Source: Nemertoderma westbladi (taxonomy: Eukaryota > Animalia > Xenacoelomorpha). Taken from it: a DNA stretch of 43,821 nt. The notes under the pieces were generated by a model that had not been told where the DNA came from, did no database searches, and was given only the letters and a program-made list of their open reading frames with translations. Positions 11,301 through 21,576 of the stretch are shown piece by piece (the first letter of the stretch is position 1; each line of letters starts with the position of its first letter). The position numbers were made by a program, and so were the translations under genes. Location: positions 1 through 43,821 of the forward strand of contig JAUCBJ010000081.1 in NCBI GenBank assembly GCA_032718475.1, in the 5' to 3' direction.

Positions 11301-11403
11301 GGTTTAATCCCGTTGCCCGCACTATCCTATCCCCTACATTGCCTCTCTCAGTATGGCCTATGGTATGTGCAGTAAGGCCTACAGTATGTCCTACAGTCTG
11401 CAT
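8395..11403 (-). CDS. gag: Element A Gag core (DUF1759-like, zinc knuckles), aspartic protease and vestigial Pol tail
   Basis: LPPVEPFKFDGSRPEEYLQF, AWRALDREYG, LPNWLRNKW, CQLH...HQTMNC, CSRCVMSGHRAREC, LMLVDSVAAFT (DSGA in copy B), IIVGMD, TPFGWTLTGP. Confidence 0.9.
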   Translation of the reverse strand: MQTVGHTVGLTAHTIGHTERGNVGDRIVRATGLNPEVAEYIPAGRPEAGRPIPVPVQQYDYSMQGHNIYPGEGGIIADRCMGPNILTSTPVPNIPAGGGGGGQGDIPPSQYQQYTPIGARTTRPLDENRSCDTDIWRGPLPPMTYPSQRKSRNRTDEPCQTGETTQHPSNPLEAQAMGMATLIDALKTRIELPPVEPFKFDGSRPEEYLQFRRMYSNEILTKNLMQAECLKYLQVYTGGPAYDIVRQYQGIEGGFTTAWRALDREYGHLAKIIRQTLRGITSGGLQDNPVSIKTFANKVEKALIVLKTLDAPYELNASNNITTMAQALPNWLRNKWRKIAFSTRDKKGAEPGLEEMSNFLNYEAELITDPVYSEDSLGKGPKTDYHRPKPEHNTSNALPRLRQSLPYAATQGTASPQLAEDKTTPWNGQGNNNNTNKHNPSMSTRPNPNNKNSRDFGTNATAIRNALYKEGYDPKSKCQLHANALHQTMNCRYWQALPRQDQIDYALSNKICSRCVMSGHRARECKEKPIKFGQRRGQTMATSTVGAKKRGTVLLGVVPVRVIGEGNRSVTTLMLVDSVAAFTLVEEWVAEEIGLRTRPSRMAVTTISSKDETLEMRTGRCAIAAVAPGCDYGATIDPIQVIESININARRPTNIEVEQYKFLDDIDFSIPDVDVRKVSIIVGMDCPTAHERMQTVFGKDKQCDPVAILTPFGWTLTGPIKSNIPFHVSESSGCMVPGTVDEIEERPEMGNSGRQLEVEATPREWAEENGMDAEDLETMGWNKSPSKHRYGDGEGRTAKCPGDRLEKCPEEMPVRLGGMPTRGRPSRRTKWKGRRLETIRPGAEKPVGVRVMDKGSGKVGGVLHTHAGLTECEGALHGQRPCIPKDEQGSWTPLMPAHILRGRPAEVASKIKEKNRGGIIPPGDTLKGGTLPPRDDHEIRNINSRQHFQKQEKRPPIELTRRAERRIREPIGGQWESCLLEESPLGSLSCPTGWTGMEELDP

Positions 11404-12860
11404 GTGTCGCTCGGGATCGAAGTTTATTCTTCTCGAATAATCCTCCCCGCGGCTACCGTATTCTCGATCGATAGGTGTATTCCGTTGGAAAGTTTCTCTT
11501 CGACCCCCCCTCTCTACTGTTCTCGTCTTCGTACCGGTATATCGCGTACCCCTCCATCGGCGCGTAATGCGCCTCGCCGGGTCGCATCTCTCCGGGGCGA
11601 CGGCAATCTCCCGGAGTCCGACCCCACTGATTCTCCGTTCTCATCTCAACTACCGACGGCTCGCTATCCGTCCTCGCTCTTCTATCGTTCGCGGCGATAC
11701 CTCTACTACTGTCTTCTCTTCTTCTCCTTTCAGTGGAGTATTCCCGCTCGTGAGATCTCTCGTCGACCTCCCGGTTAAACCCCACTGTTCTTTTTCCCTC
11801 TTCTGATCAGGCTCGACGCTTCGTCCGCCCTCTTACGACGTCAACCTGTCTCTCTCTGCTCGGTCGCACGCCGCTGGGGATACTCGCAATCCCCCTATTA
11901 CTTTCCGTCGCCGGTTGTTGCGGTTTACCAATTTCGGCCCGCGCATTATCCGCTGACGGCTGTGGGACACTCTCTGCCCCCCCCCCTTTCGCCGCTAACT
12001 CGCTGTTGTGGGGTTCTCGTAGCCCCCCCCACTCGCACATCTAACTTCGCTACTCCTCACCCCTCTACTATATCCCTCTCCAGTCGACACATCAACCCTA
12101 CCGCGGTCGGGTCTATTCACCCCCGCCTCTCCCTCTGCTATTGCGTGGCCTACCAGGCCCTCTACTCCCTGCCTACCAACTATGTGGCCTACCAGGCCCT
12201 CGCTGGGTCTATTCAACCCAGCCACTCCCTGCCTACCAACTACCTGGCCTACCAGGCCCTCGCTGGGTCTACCTAACCCAGCTACTCCCTGCCTACCAAC
12301 TGTGTGGCCTACCAGGCCCTCGCTGGGTCTATTCAACCCAGCCACTCCCTGCCTACCAACTACGTGACCTACCAGGCCCTCGCTGGGTCTACCTAACCCA
12401 GCTACTTCCGGCCCACCAACTGTACGACCTACCAGGTCCCCGTCTGTCTGGCTATACACGCCCGACGTGTTTACGTTAATAGCACTCATATTGGAAACGG
12501 AATTAATTTGTTCGTTCGAAATAAAATCATTTGAATTACTTTGCGCGACTACACTATCTGAATTATTTTGTAAATTCGGGCTCGGATCATTATTTAAATT
12601 ATTTGGATTATTTTGTGTAATTGCGTTACTTAAATTATTTTGTAGGTTCGAATTTGGGTTATTATTTTGATTATTTGGATTATTTTGTATAGCTGCATTA
12701 ATATTAGAATTATTTTCTACGTTAATATTAGGGTTGTTCTGATTTAAATTTAAATTACTATCACTAGGCAAAGTATTTCCTGCAATAAAGGTTTGATTAG
12801 AATTATCCCATACGGTACTATTAATATTAACCACGTCTACTGTACCATTATCATTATTAC
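11404..12860 (-). CDS. Element A Gag N-terminal extension: Asn-rich region plus 20-aa repeats (interrupted reading frame)
   Basis: Track ORFs 11995-13044, 11807-12040 and 11453-11785 are collinear with the single 631-aa ORF of copy B; breaks at a G run (about 11980) and near 11800. Confidence 0.75.
12145..12440. repeat. 60-bp coding tandem repeat (EGLVGHVVGRQGVAGLNRPS)n
   Basis: Period-60 pattern; the copy B array (about 32060-32420) has one more unit. Confidence 0.9.
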
Positions 12861-14407
12861 CCCCCCCCCCCCCCCCCCCCGCCCGCACGGTCACACCAGT
12901 TTTGGGTCTGTCGTGCGGTCCCCGCAAGTGGGGCATTAATAAATGTATCCACGGCCCCCGGCTCCTCAAAAATACTCGAGCCAGCCTCGCTCTCAGACGC
13001 CCCCATCTGCGCCAGTTCCACCTCACGCGTGTGTACAGCTTCATACTCTACGAGTTTGTCTCGCTGTTTCTCCAATTCTTTTCGCTCACGCTCCACTTTT
13101 GCTATTTTATCCATAGCCTCCCGTTCGCTCTGCTCGGCCAATTCCATCTCTCTCCTAATCCCCTCCCTTCGCCTCACCTCAAGCTCTCTACGCTCACTCT
13201 CCTCCCTCGCTTCACGCTCTCTGCGTTCACTTTCCTCCCTCGCCTCACGCTTCTCGCGTTCGCTTTTCTCTCTCGCCACACGCTCCTCTTGTTCCTTCAA
13301 CTCTATTTCATCATACTCCCTAAGGCTCCTCACGGCCCTTTCGGCCCTCTCTCTTGTCTCTCTAATCGACGCCATTTCCCTCTCTAGCAGCACTCTCCCT
13401 TCCTCTAGCCGTCTACCTACTTCTCTATTACCTTGCACTGCTAGATTGAGACGGTACCTAGCGTCTATCTCTCTCACCCGTCTTTCTTTCGCGGAGGATG
13501 TAGCAGACTTCTCGGTTGTGAAGGATTCCCTCCGCCTTCTCGATCTACTAACTTTCCCCCTCCTCCCGGAACTCCCTCCGACCGACGAGAACGAATCCGC
13601 GGGGTCAACCTCGGATTCGCCCTCCTCAGGTCTGTTCCAACCCACTAATTTTATACCCCGGGCATCGATTAAATATGGCCCTATGTACACTACACTAGGT
13701 TGTATACCCCCATGCCGCCATGAGTCATACAGTTCCTCGGCAACCCTTCTCGCTCTCTCCTCGGCCAATTCTCTCTGCCCGAAACGCATTAGATAGTATA
13801 AATGTCTGTCCGACTTACCTAGTCCTGACTTCAGTTTTACCTCGTCTATCGTTTTCCCCTTTCTGGCCTCCTCTAGTAGTCTCCGGGTCGCGTTGTAGGC
13901 CCGTCGAAGTCGATCAGAGACCCCGACGTCCTCGTCGCCGACCTCTCCTCCATCTCTCCGGGTTCGACGTCGTACCGGCGGCCCCACCGTCGCCGTTCCG
14001 GTGGGCCGTCCGTCGCCCTCGGCCTGTGCCTGGCCGGCGACATCGGTATCGACATCTCCGACGTCTCTCCGGGTCCGGCGTCGTACCGTCGGCCCCACCG
14101 TCGCCGTCTCGGTGGGCCGTTCGTCGCTCTCGGCCTGTGGCTGGCCCGCGACATCGGCACGTCGACCCTCGTTCCGTGTCGACTCGTCTCTTTCTCCCTC
14201 GAGCTCGTTCTCTCTATCCTCCGACTCGACTCCCCTTCCTCTTGACTCGGCTTCTGACTCCAGACGGCCCCCCTCATCTTGAATCTCCGGTTCGCCCGTT
14301 ACCGATGGCTCCGGCGTCGTGGGCCTGTATCGCCTGGTTGCGGCCTCGCGGATCGTTAGCTCTTCGTCCGGGGTCCGCGTCGGTGTTGTCTCACCCGACT
14401 GACTCAT
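12857..14407 (-). CDS. Element A ORF1: Glu/Arg-rich, probable coiled-coil protein, 516 aa
   Basis: ATG 66 bp after the 5' LTR; 37-aa internal duplication; long ER-rich helix; homologous to 32834-34330. Confidence 0.8.
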   Translation of the reverse strand: MSQSGETTPTRTPDEELTIREAATRRYRPTTPEPSVTGEPEIQDEGGRLESEAESRGRGVESEDRENELEGERDESTRNEGRRADVAGQPQAESDERPTETATVGPTVRRRTRRDVGDVDTDVAGQAQAEGDGRPTGTATVGPPVRRRTRRDGGEVGDEDVGVSDRLRRAYNATRRLLEEARKGKTIDEVKLKSGLGKSDRHLYYLMRFGQRELAEERARRVAEELYDSWRHGGIQPSVVYIGPYLIDARGIKLVGWNRPEEGESEVDPADSFSSVGGSSGRRGKVSRSRRRRESFTTEKSATSSAKERRVREIDARYRLNLAVQGNREVGRRLEEGRVLLEREMASIRETRERAERAVRSLREYDEIELKEQEERVAREKSEREKREAREESERREREAREESERRELEVRRREGIRREMELAEQSEREAMDKIAKVERERKELEKQRDKLVEYEAVHTREVELAQMGASESEAGSSIFEEPGAVDTFINAPLAGTARQTQNWCDRAGGGGGGGG

Positions 14408-14472
14408 CTCTCTTTATCTCTAGATTGGTCGCTGAGTTTAGTTAGCTAGGGCGGCAGCTCTGATTTAGTTAC

Positions 14473-15021
14473 TGTGACGGGATCCAGATGAGATCCCGGT
14501 TTATCCGTTTGTTAGTTCACTCGTCCCCGCCGTGTATGAAAGATAAAGGAGTTTGTGCTGTTCGTCGTATATAATATTTGGGTATACAGATATAGATATA
14601 GGTATAGATATGAGATAATATGGTTGTTGTATACGGAAGGCGGGATACGGTAACTAAAGTCCCGGTCCTTCCCTAGCTAAACTATCTAACCTAAACTAGC
14701 ACCAATATTGCACTGAGATTACTGAACTGATATGATTACTGCCAAGTGGCTATATTGCACGGTTGGCCTTGTTACTCTACCTAATCGATGCCTTTCCCCC
14801 CTCTGATTGGTTGATACCCTTGTTGGCGCCCTTTGGAGTGTTCCCGTTCACTCCACCTGTTCTCTCTGGGTTAGGGGTTTGGCCCCTGACCCTCATTGTG
14901 TGCTTCTCCTTCCCATTCTTATTGGGGTGGCACGAGTTGGTTGATTACCCAATCTCATGGCTCCCAATATTGCTTATCGGCTTAACTTTATGGGGTGTTA
15001 GCGGGATTGAATAAGCTAACA
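14473..15021 (-). repeat. 5' LTR of element A
   Basis: TGTGAC...GCTAACA followed by TSD CTCGG; minus strand has CCAATCAG and an Inr-like TCAGTT. Confidence 0.95.
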
Positions 15022-17600
15022 CTCGGACAGTGGAAATGAGATCCTTCCAGGCTTCCCGATTCTCCATAGTTGTCGCAATTTCGTTTCTCCCAAGTTCAGT
15101 ATCCCTTTCAAGTTGATCTATATATGTTATGGCCGGTCGTCCACGACTACGCTTTCCATGAGTTGGTTGCCAGAGAAGTAGATCTGGTATGACCTCGTCT
15201 TTACTTCGCCAGCAGTGCCCACTGAATCTTAATCTGCGTTCACGGAGGGTGGTTGATACAGGGTGGTATTGTACCATAAAGCTCGGCGTTTGTCATGTGT
15301 TGTCTCCAGCTGATGTTTAGGGCTGCCCTTAGTAGTCTTGTGTAGCAACCATCAATTCGTTGTTCAAGTGATTTAGTCAGTGTCCAGGTCTCACCCCCGT
15401 ATAAAAATACACTTTCCACTGTGGCTCGAAAGAACTTAGTCTTCAGGTGCCTGGAGAGATCTGATTTCCAGATGGTATCCATTTTTGATAGAGCTACCCA
15501 AGCCTTTGCTTTCCTAACTTCTATGTCCTTTTTGCTACTCTCTATCCATGATCCAAGGTACTGGAAGTCATCGACCTTCCTTAGTTGATTATTATCAATG
15601 GTTGTCAAGTTTCCATCAACATTAAAGGTCATGAATTCGGTCTTGGTAGCATTTATATGCAATCCAACCTCCTTAGCAGCCCTCTCCACTTTATTTAGTA
15701 GAAGCTGTGCATCTGCTAGCGTATTAGAGAGCAGGGCGATGTCATCCGCAAAGTCGGTGTCTGTGACTGTAGTTGCTGGATATCTACTACTTCTGCGTTC
15801 TTGAAGTGTGAATCCCAGATCTTCACCCTTTGTGGCCGTCCTCATTGCGTAATCCAGCACAATTACAAATAGTAATGGTGCTAATGTGTCACCTTGCAGT
15901 ACGCCAGCCAGGATTGAGAAAAACTCAGTTTCACCATCTGGTGAGAGTACCTGCGCTTCTGTGTCACAATATAACAATCCAATACCAGCAACAATTACTT
16001 CTGGTATTCCATAAGCTCTTATGATTTCAAGCATTTTACCTCTATGGATGGAGTCGAATGCCTTCTTGAAGTCCACAAAAGTCATGACTGCGGGGAGATT
16101 CTTTGACTTAATTCCTTCAATCATTCTCCGTAGTGCAAGTATCTGAGCTATTGTTGATCTACTTGGTCGAAATCCGTTTTGGCTCTTACGCAGTAGTTTC
16201 TCTATGTGAGGCCTAATCCTATATAGAATCATTTTATTGTATATTTTGGCAGCTACCACAAGCAGACAGATCCCACGATAGTTTGTTGGTATGCCGAGGT
16301 CTCCTTTCTTGGGGAGAGAGGCTTTAGTTGACCTTTAGTCCAAATTGGTGGTGGCTTTTCCCCTTTTAACATCCGGTTGCAAACATTCAATAATGGTCTA
16401 TTTAGCACTCCGGTTTTCCATACCTCTGCTGGGATTTCATCTAATCCACTCGCTTTATTATTGGACATGCTTTTAATGCTTCTTTGGAGTTCGGCAGGTG
16501 TGAAGTCCCCTGTTTCTATAGGTAGTGTCTTGTCATATATTTTCCTTGTAGGGCTGACCTCGATGTTTGGTGGGTGCCCAAGCAAGTTGCTGAAGTGATT
16601 TTTACACGTTCTTCAGGACTATCGGCTTTGAGGCGCCCCTTTGCACAACTTTTCCGACCAGATACCTCATTTACAGTTTGCCAGGTAAGTCTTGATTGTT
16701 GCTGTATGTGAGCAGTTGTAATTGCTTCAGTTTTATCCTGTATGTACTTTTCCTGGCTGATGTTGTAGGCCAATTTAAGATCGTCCTTAGCTTTCTCAAC
16801 CTTGTTAATGTTTTCGGTTGTTGGTTGTTCGGTTTTAACTTTGTAGGCTATCTTAAGATCTTCTCTCTTACAAGTAACCTCAGACTTTTGCCATGGCACA
16901 TACTGTTTTCGTTTAGGTTTCTGGGGGATATGCCTCTTAGCTGATTCCTTGTGGGCTGTTATTATATTCTGGTATATTGAATCGGTGGATTGGTCTTCAT
17001 CCATTGACTGAAGTGCTTCAAAGCGGTTTTGAACTTCTACTGTATAAGCATCCTTTACAGCATTGTCAGTTCTGAGTTTCTCCCAGTCATAGTTGATTTG
17101 CTTGCTTGTCCTGGGTTTGCTGGATCTCAAACTGAGTCTGATCTCTGCAGTCACAATTCTGTGGTCCGAACCAATTAGGTTGAACGAGCTGTATGCCTCG
17201 CAGTTGATCATGCCATTCCTCCACTTTTTGTTTATAAGGATGTAATCCAGTTATGCTTTGGTTCCATTAGGGTATTGAAAGGTCCATAGCTTCCCCTTAC
17301 TCTTTTCGAATGTGTTGTTTGTTGGTATCAATTCACATTCTTCCATTAGGTCTAAAAGTAAGTACCCATTTCTGTTAGAACTGGTGTTATAGGTGTAACC
17401 CTTGATGTCTTCTGGGCCAATTTGCGCATTCAGGTCACCAGCAATGACTTTAACATTGTGTTTCGGGATGTCCTTAATAAGTCCAGTCAGTTCTTCATAA
17501 AACTTGACTGCTTGTTCTGGCTCTGATGCATTGGTTGGACTGTAGCAACATATAACTGTTGTCTTGGGATTCCCATCAAATGTTGCGATCATAACCCTGG
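15022..17600 (-). mobile_element. RTE-clade LINE, 5'-truncated, APE-RT with several frameshifts and stops
   Basis: CYSPTN, IAGDLNAQIG, GSDHRIV, QNGFRPSRST, FVDFKKAFDSIHR, GVLQGDTLAP, DFADDIALL, FQYLGS, YGGETWTLT, RRLRFSGHCWR, RGRP. Confidence 0.92.
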
Positions 17601-19830
17601 AATTAAACATAAAAGGGATTGAAAACACATGGGTGGAAATTCCAGACAAACATAAACCCAACCATTCCCTGATTGTTAGCTGCATTTATCGCCCTGGGTC
17701 ATCCAACTACAACGATTTTGTCGAGGCTCTAGATCCTCTTTTACATAAATTAAACAACAACAAATATGACGTAATAATATGTGGTGATATTAATATTAAT
17801 TAACTCTCAAATAACGAGCAGGCTAAAAGATACAGTAATATAATAAAAAGCAGCGGGAATAGACAACACATTAAAGGTGCAACAAGAATCTTCAAAAATT
17901 CTAAAACGCTATTAGACCATATTATTACTAATATCAACGATCGTGTCGTGGAGAGTGGTGTATTCCTTACGGAAGTCGGTACAACAGACCACCTTACTAC
18001 ATTTTGTATATTTAAAGAGTATGGACATTTCAATGAATTTAATTTCTTACATGACCTTGCCAATCCCAGTAATTGGAGTTATAATGATTCCACTGAACCA
18101 CAAAACGCAAAATATGAAATCTTTTATAAAAACTTCAAACAAATCTGTGAGCAACACGCAAAACTAATATAATTTTCTATTAAAGCAAAACCTGTACGAA
18201 AAACCTTGGATAACAAACGGATTGGCAAAGTCTATTGAAATTAAAAATAAATTTTATATTAGAGTAAAAATCCAGTCCATCATGTTGAATATCGAAAATA
18301 TCGCCCTACTTTAACGAATTTGCTCCGTTTTGCAGAACGACGCTATTACAACAACTGTTTTGCTCAATGTGGTAGCAATATGCGTCGTACATGGCGTATT
18401 ATAAATTCTGCAATTTCAAAAAATTAATCGTGTGGTGCTCCAAAAAAGTTAAATGTCACTCAGGAAAAGGGAGCAGTACTAACAGATAACCCCACCCTGA
18501 TTTCAGCCACATTCAATAACTTTTTTTGTGAATATTGGGTCCAAACATGCTTCCCAGTTACCTAGTGTATCCAAATGTCCCATCAAATTAATAAGAGATT
18601 TAATTCACCAAGTAGTTAATTCGCACTGCTTGAAACTACACCTATTGAAGTAGAATACCATATCCTACATTTAAATGAAAATAGCTCAACTAATGACTTT
18701 TTCCCAATTCGACTAGTAAAATTTGGCTCAAAAATATTATCTCAGCACCTATCGAATTTAATAAACGTGTCATGGAAAGCAATTAAATTCCCTGGGGATG
18801 TAAGCAGCAATTTGGCTTTAGAAAAAATAGGAGCACTTTTCAGGCTATCTTGTCTGTAACTGAGCAAATTCGGGATATTATTGATATGGGGGACTATGCT
18901 TGTGCTATATACATGGATATACGCAAGGCCTTCGACACCATTAACCACGCAATATTAATAAAAAAGATGGTATTTGGCATTCGGGGCAAACCATTGGAAT
19001 TACGCAGGGATTACTTATCTAATCGCACGCAGTATGTGGTAATCGGGATGTCATCTCCCGTTTTAACTATAACAACATGTGTTCCGCAAGGAAGCTTACT
19101 TGGACTGCTACTGTTTTTGATCTATATAAATGATCTACCAAATATCACCACCATGGTCACCACGCTTTTTGCAGATGACCGATATTACGACGCATCGAAT
19201 GCCTAAATGGACACGCTCCTGATTACTTGAGTGACGTGCTTGTGCGCTACAATCCTCCCAGAAACCTACGTTCGAGTAACCATAATTTACTGGTTAACCC
19301 CAGGTATAACCTACTGCATTACGGTTCCAGGGCTTTTTCTTTTGTGGCGCCGACAGTGTGGAATGAATTCCCAGGCGAGTTGCGTGGAGGGCTCTCATTG
19401 CCTTCATTCAAGAAAAAACTAAAAAGTTTTTACTTTAAGCTGCAATACCAAAACTGTCCTGATTAGTTTATATGAAATTAATTTTAACATTTGATTAATT
19501 GATTAATTTTTACTGTGCGTTAGCGCCTATATCATCATGTAGATTTATATCACAAAATAAAGATTCCAGTAATTTATTCATAGGTACAAATTCTGAACTG
19601 GAAAATATCACATTAAATATAAATAAAACTGAATATATTATATATACTTCTCCAACTCTAAACCAAATAATAACATTACTATTGGTAGCAGTGGTGAGTA
19701 AATGAATTCAAGTACCTTGGGGTTATCATGGATAGCAAACTGACATGGAAAGCACACATATCCTACATAATATAAAAAATTTCTAAAGTATCCGCAATAT
19801 TCTATAGATTACGTTACTTATGTGTGGACT
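17601..19830 (+). pseudogene. CR1/L2-group LINE ORF2 continued (endonuclease to RT), heavily decayed
   Basis: IICGDININ, LDHIITN, TDH, YMDIRKAFDTINH, YLSNRTQYV, VPQGSLLGLLLFLIYINDL, LFADD, LNINKTEY, FKYLGVIMDSKLTWKAHI. Confidence 0.88.
19190..19535 (+). mobile_element. L2/Crack-like LINE 3'-end fragment inserted just after the host LINE's FADD motif
   Basis: APDYLSDVLVRYNPPRNLRSS...YGSRAFSFVAPTVWNEFP...FKKKLKS is a typical LINE C-terminus, out of order in the host RT. Boundaries approximate. Confidence 0.72.
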
Positions 19831-20399
19831 TAAATCCTAGGAGTGGCTAAATCCGTAAGGCGAATGCGGTGTAGATAAACAAAAAGAGTCTGAAGGATGT
19901 AACCATAATGGCAACGGTCTGACGGTAACCAATACCGGTATAATATATAACAGCAGACGGTAGTTAAAACAGTACTAACACTAACACAAACTAACAGACA
20001 TAATGCAGTCAGTTCAATATATATAAACCTATAGGTACTGTACCGGTAGGGCAAACAGTTATACATATAAACTGTGAGTCCATAATAACGAGAGAAAGCC
20101 GCCCCAATATTAGATTATTACAACAACATATCCATTGGGTAAGAAAGTGGAGGAGAGCCAGCCCGTCTCTTAATTTTTTACTTTATATTACGCGATCAAT
20201 TTTCACTCATCTCGTCATGAACCCAACATGTATGTAACCTTTTGTTAAATTTGTTGGCTATGCGTTTGCGGTTGTTTGGGCGGAGTGTGGTAGGCCTACA
20301 CTTTTCACACTTAAATATTTTGGTTGTGAAATGTTACAGGGCATAGCTATCTGAGATATTTCATTTATATTTTATTATGAGAGGAAGAAGAACATACAA

Positions 20400-21576
20400 C
20401 GTTATTTGTTCGCGCTTTTAGACCTTTAGCAGTTTAACCTGCCAAATTTAGGTGTCTTCTAGGTTATAAATCGACTTTAGCCTATAACAAGTATTTGATA
20501 CACATAAAGTTACATTAGCCGAAGCCAGCCTATGCGCGATCATTCACCCACGGTTAAGGGAGACTGGATTCGGATGCTCTGACCTTATTGCGGTGTAGAC
20601 TTACTGTATTATTCGATTGCTCGTTACTATAATATCTCTGACAAATATTATTCACTTTCGGGAAATATTAACAGTTCCTTTAGGACGTGGCGCTCTAAGT
20701 ATGTAAACAGAGTTATGACTTACACTAAACACAATGGGATGGCTATTGATTTTCGTATAAGGCGCATTCTTTAGGAAATGCTTTGTTATCTATCACACTC
20801 ATGCACACTACCGCACACTGCTGCACACTGATCTGCCGACCTTCACTAATTTTAATCATATATAGGGAGAACAGCAACTGACACATGTAGGGTCTATGAA
20901 ATAGCATTCAATTCACTCCAAAACCACTATAATGTAAGTCGCAATTGCTACAGGTAACCGGTCTCTCTAACCTTCAGTATATCAAGAAGATTGGGGTTTT
21001 ATAATCATTTATCGATATTCTCCAAATATAACAACCTAGCCATCAACTGATAACAATTAATAACCGACAGTAAATAGCAGTAAAATAATGCGGTGAAAGG
21101 TATGTATGGTATGATATGGGCTGATAACAGTTATACGTTTCTATGATCAAAGCCGTTCTAATGTTTGGCTAAAGTCTGAAACACAGAATAATTCCAAAGC
21201 CGATGTTCTGGGCTCAGGGAAAAAGGTAAACAAAGACCATAATGCATTGCGCGATTTCCCGGAGGCTTCTATGCAAATAAAATGAAAATCGCTCTGATTG
21301 GTCGAGTGAGTGAGCCTGAACAAAGAAAGCCAAAAGCTCCATGTCGACATATCAGCTGATAGATGTCGTCATCTGAACTACACTGTATTAAGAGTATTTT
21401 GGCGTATTGCGGCATAAAATGGCTTGTTATGTCCGCTAAAGTACACATACAGAAAAATGGCTTTTATGTCCACTAAAACACCTACACAGTAAGAAAACGG
21501 CTTTTTATGTCCGCTAAAACACCTACAGAGTACTTTGCGGGGAAAATGACTAGTTATATCCGCAAAAGCCTTTACA
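20400..21576 (-). repeat. 3' LTR of element C (about 1.18 kb)
   Basis: Near-identical to 42938-43821. Right boundary inferred from minus-strand GGGAGCGG|TGTAAAGG (PPT then TG). Confidence 0.8.
21415..21530. repeat. Three ~42-bp repeats in the U3 of the C LTR
   Basis: AAAA(T/C)GGCTTTTATGTCCGCTAAAACACCTACA-like unit, three times. Confidence 0.8.

Larger units (their letters stand above)
3202..15021 (-). mobile_element. Element A: complete, non-autonomous BEL/Pao LTR retrotransposon (no RT) with an extra exonuclease ORF
   Basis: Two ~548-bp TG...CA LTRs, 5-bp TSD CTCGG (3197-3201 and 15022-15026), PPT, BEL-type Gag and protease. Confidence 0.93.

Noticed and set aside
8579-14445. Many plus-strand Ser/Leu/Pro-rich ORFs (likewise across 27596-34410 and 39547-39987)
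   Set aside because: Shadow frames of purine-rich minus-strand coding sequence.
14763-15014. 83-aa hydrophobic ORF (also 34718-34969)
   Set aside because: Antisense LTR U3 sequence with a TTG start; frameshifted in the third LTR copy.
17251-17685. 144-aa ORF as a single gene
   Set aside because: Chimeric across the RTE 5' truncation and TSD junction at 17600.
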